Shown one piece after another: positions 61,529-64,000 of a stretch of 64,000 nt of DNA. Source of the stretch: Myxococcota bacterium (GTDB taxonomy: Bacteria > Myxococcota_A > Polyangia > Nannocystales > Nannocystaceae); contig JBCCHT010000003.1 in assembly GCA_039028615.1 (NCBI GenBank), forward strand, positions 320,001-384,000. The letters are read 5' to 3'. A model generated the notes under the pieces. That model was not told the DNA's origin. It did no database searches and worked only from the letters and a program-made list of their open reading frames with translations. Position numbers and translations under genes: made by a program. Position 1 is the first letter of the stretch. Every line of letters starts with the position of its first letter.

Positions 61529-63865
61529 CTATGGAACGAGGGCGACGATCTCTTGGAGGAGCGCGGCGCGGGCGGGGCCGTGATCGAGGGTCTCGAAGGG
61601 CAAGCCCAGCAGCACCACGGGAGCGGCGGCGTCGTGGCGGACCAGGGCCGCGCCCTCGGTGCCCCCGCGATAGGACGCGAGCGCCTGCGCGTTCGGCAGG
61701 GGGGCGAAGACGTCGGGGAAGCCCACGACCATGGTGCCGGGGCTGAAGAAGCGCCAGGGCTCGAGCACCTCCCAGTCGCCTTCGGGCTGGACCAAGAAGG
61801 TCTGGGCGTCGTCGGCGACGTACTGCACGCCGAAGACCTCGGCGAGGAACACCTCGTCGGCGGGCTCGCCCTGGTCGACGAGGTCCCAGCCGATCTCCGC
61901 GCCCGAGGCGAAGAGCGCTCCTCCGGCCTGCACGTGGTCGCGGACGAGCAGCTGCTCGTCGGGGGTGAAGGTGTCGTGGACGGTGCTCTCCTCGCCGAGG
62001 CTCCACACCACGAGGTCGTAGTCGGCGAGCAGGACGAGGCCGTCGACGGCCGCCTCGTTGGTGGCGCTCTCGAAGGCGACGTCGAGCCCGTCGAGGGCGC
62101 GGGCGTGCACGGCCAGGCCGTCGTGTCCGCGCCCCAGCGGGTTTTCGACCTGAGGCTCGGCCTGCCAGCGATCGTTGCCGTCGATCAGCAGCACCTGGAA
62201 CGGGGCGTCCTGCATCGAGGTGGCGTAGGTATCGGAGGGGTCACTCTCGATGCCCGGGCCCACGGCGGTGACGCGGACGTGGAGCTGTGGTGCGTCGAAG
62301 GGCAGGGCGCCCGCGCGGTGTTCGGTGGTGGTGACGAAGCGAGCGTCGGCTCGGGACCAGACCTGGCCATCGGGGCTCAGCCACACGAGATAGCCTTCGG
62401 CCCCTTCGACCGCGCTCCACTCGATGCGAGCGATGTCGGTGCCGGGCTCGTGCATCACGTGACGGAGCACGGGCGCGGGCAAGGGGGAGAGGCCGCCGCG
62501 GAGGTCTCGGGCGAGCTCGGTGATGATGCCGTCGTGCACCGCCCGGGTCGCCGAGGCGACCCCCGTGTCGTTCATCAGGATGGAGAACAGGTACTCGCGG
62601 CCGTCCCAGCGGTTGTAGACGATGCCGCTGGTGGCGATGACTCCGGTCAGCGTGCCCGTCTTGCCGTGGACGCGGCCTTGGGTGTCGGGGTCGAGCATGC
62701 GGCCAGACAACGTGCCGCGCACGCCCGCGATGGAGAAGCTGCGGCGCCAGGCGAGGCCCTCGGGGAGGTCGGCCATGGCGAGCAACAGGTCGATGACCTG
62801 CCGCGGGCTGACGTCGTTGCCGTGGGAGAGGCCGGAGCCGTCCTCGAATACCCCGGGGTCGATGCCGAGCGAGCCGAGCCAGGCGTTGAGCTCGCTGGCT
62901 CCCGCGGGGTAGCTGCTGTCGCCGCCGAGGGTCCAGCCCATGTGCCGCAGCAGGATGTCGGCGAACTCGTTGTGGCTCGCGACGTTGGTGGGGACGGCGA
63001 CGACGGACATCGGCGCGGTGTCCCAGTGGGCGAGCAGGGTCGTGCCGGGGCTGGGGTCGAAGTTGGAGGACGAGCCGAGGCTGCCGCTGAAGAAGATGCC
63101 CTCGTCGAGCAGCGCGTCGCGGAAGGCAGTGCTGGCCTGGCCGCGCTCAGTCGTGGCGCTGTAGACCCCGAGCGAGTTGCCGCCCACCACGAATTCGCCG
63201 CGGGCCTCGATGTCCCCGGTGACCTCGCGCAGGCCGGCGTCGTAGAGCCGGCGGGCGAGCTCGTCGAAGGGCAGGGAAGCGTTGCCGGGGAAGAACTCGC
63301 TCGACGAGCTGAGGTCGTGGTGGCCGATGACGTCGAGGTCCCCGTTCAGCACGCCTTCGGGATCGATGGCCGGGCCGAAGACCTCGGTGCGCATGCGGTG
63401 GTCGAGCCCGAGCGTGCCGAGGGCGGCGGCGGTGGAGAACAGCTTGGTGTTCGACGCGGGCGCCAGCGGCGTGTCCGGGTTGCGCTCGTAGAGCACCTGA
63501 TCGGCGGCGGGGTCGATGAGCAGCAGGCCGTGGGTGGCCGAGGCCACCGCGGGGTCTTCGAGCCAGCCGTCGATGGCGAGCTGTAGCGCGTCGAGGCGAT
63601 CGTCGGGGAGCGGGTCGACGGGCGGGGGCGGATCGAAGGGATCGCCGTTGTCGGGAGGCAGCCCGCCGCTCGAGTCGGAGCTCGTGTCGTCGAGGCCCGC
63701 CGTGGTGTCGGTGGTTCCGAGCACCGGATCGGTCGCGGCCAAGCCCGAGTCCGAGCTGCTGCCCGTGCCCGTCGAGTCACTGGCACTCCCGGGGTCCGGC
63801 TGGCATCCGCTCAACGCGGCCAGCACCACGCCCACGATCCACTTGCGTTCGTCCAAATCCCCCAT
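61529..63865 (-). CDS. dacB: D-Ala-D-Ala carboxypeptidase/endopeptidase (peptidase S13, PBP4) lipoprotein with extra C-terminal domains
   Basis: LSGC lipobox; SxxK (PASNTK), SxN (SHN), DGSGLS, KTG (GKTGTL); FN3-like segment then alpha/beta domain. Confidence 0.85.
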   Translation of the reverse strand: MGDLDERKWIVGVVLAALSGCQPDPGSASDSTGTGSSSDSGLAATDPVLGTTDTTAGLDDTSSDSSGGLPPDNGDPFDPPPPVDPLPDDRLDALQLAIDGWLEDPAVASATHGLLLIDPAADQVLYERNPDTPLAPASNTKLFSTAAALGTLGLDHRMRTEVFGPAIDPEGVLNGDLDVIGHHDLSSSSEFFPGNASLPFDELARRLYDAGLREVTGDIEARGEFVVGGNSLGVYSATTERGQASTAFRDALLDEGIFFSGSLGSSSNFDPSPGTTLLAHWDTAPMSVVAVPTNVASHNEFADILLRHMGWTLGGDSSYPAGASELNAWLGSLGIDPGVFEDGSGLSHGNDVSPRQVIDLLLAMADLPEGLAWRRSFSIAGVRGTLSGRMLDPDTQGRVHGKTGTLTGVIATSGIVYNRWDGREYLFSILMNDTGVASATRAVHDGIITELARDLRGGLSPLPAPVLRHVMHEPGTDIARIEWSAVEGAEGYLVWLSPDGQVWSRADARFVTTTEHRAGALPFDAPQLHVRVTAVGPGIESDPSDTYATSMQDAPFQVLLIDGNDRWQAEPQVENPLGRGHDGLAVHARALDGLDVAFESATNEAAVDGLVLLADYDLVVWSLGEESTVHDTFTPDEQLLVRDHVQAGGALFASGAEIGWDLVDQGEPADEVFLAEVFGVQYVADDAQTFLVQPEGDWEVLEPWRFFSPGTMVVGFPDVFAPLPNAQALASYRGGTEGAALVRHDAAAPVVLLGLPFETLDHGPARAALLQEIVALVP

Positions 63866-64000
63866 CGGCCCTTCGATGGTGCCGGGTCGGGGGGTCGATG
63901 TTCAACGGGGGGCGCGAGGAGCAGGTATGTGATGTGCAGCCCGGACCTCCGACGGCAAGGGAGGCCGGGCTGCGCACGCATGCAGGCTAGATGCGACCCA

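Overview
High-GC chromosomal window, most likely from a myxobacterium (inferred from a MYXO-CTERM-like protein, a Ser/Thr kinase-TPR fusion, a TonB-fused TonB-dependent receptor and many Cys-rich lipoproteins). It has about 57 plausible CDSs; I saw no tRNA, rRNA, CRISPR array or transposase. Main blocks: start of the dcw cluster (rsmH, ftsL-like); a Fic protein plus ribA; a PhnDCE-like ABC transporter divergent from a 7-gene PstS-like/porin/TonB/TBDR envelope operon; an OmpR-type two-component pair; mixed metabolic genes; a LytS/LytTR pair beside a heme-c/copper monooxygenase operon; a complete MoxR-DUF58-BatABCDE operon; RlmI-like methyltransferase, glutamate dehydrogenase, an SDR and DacB. 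The standout is a two-gene split-borosin RiPP locus (36946-38169): a SonM/OphMA-type backbone alpha-N-methyltransferase followed by a precursor with a short leader and seven tandem 12-aa His-rich cores. Also notable: a 21-bp-periodic LytTR-type direct repeat, a 134-nt multi-stem intergenic element, an NSDHL/ERG26-like sterol enzyme, an EF-hand loop in a porin, and repeated leaderless promoter geometry. All family calls come from motif recognition, not database searches.
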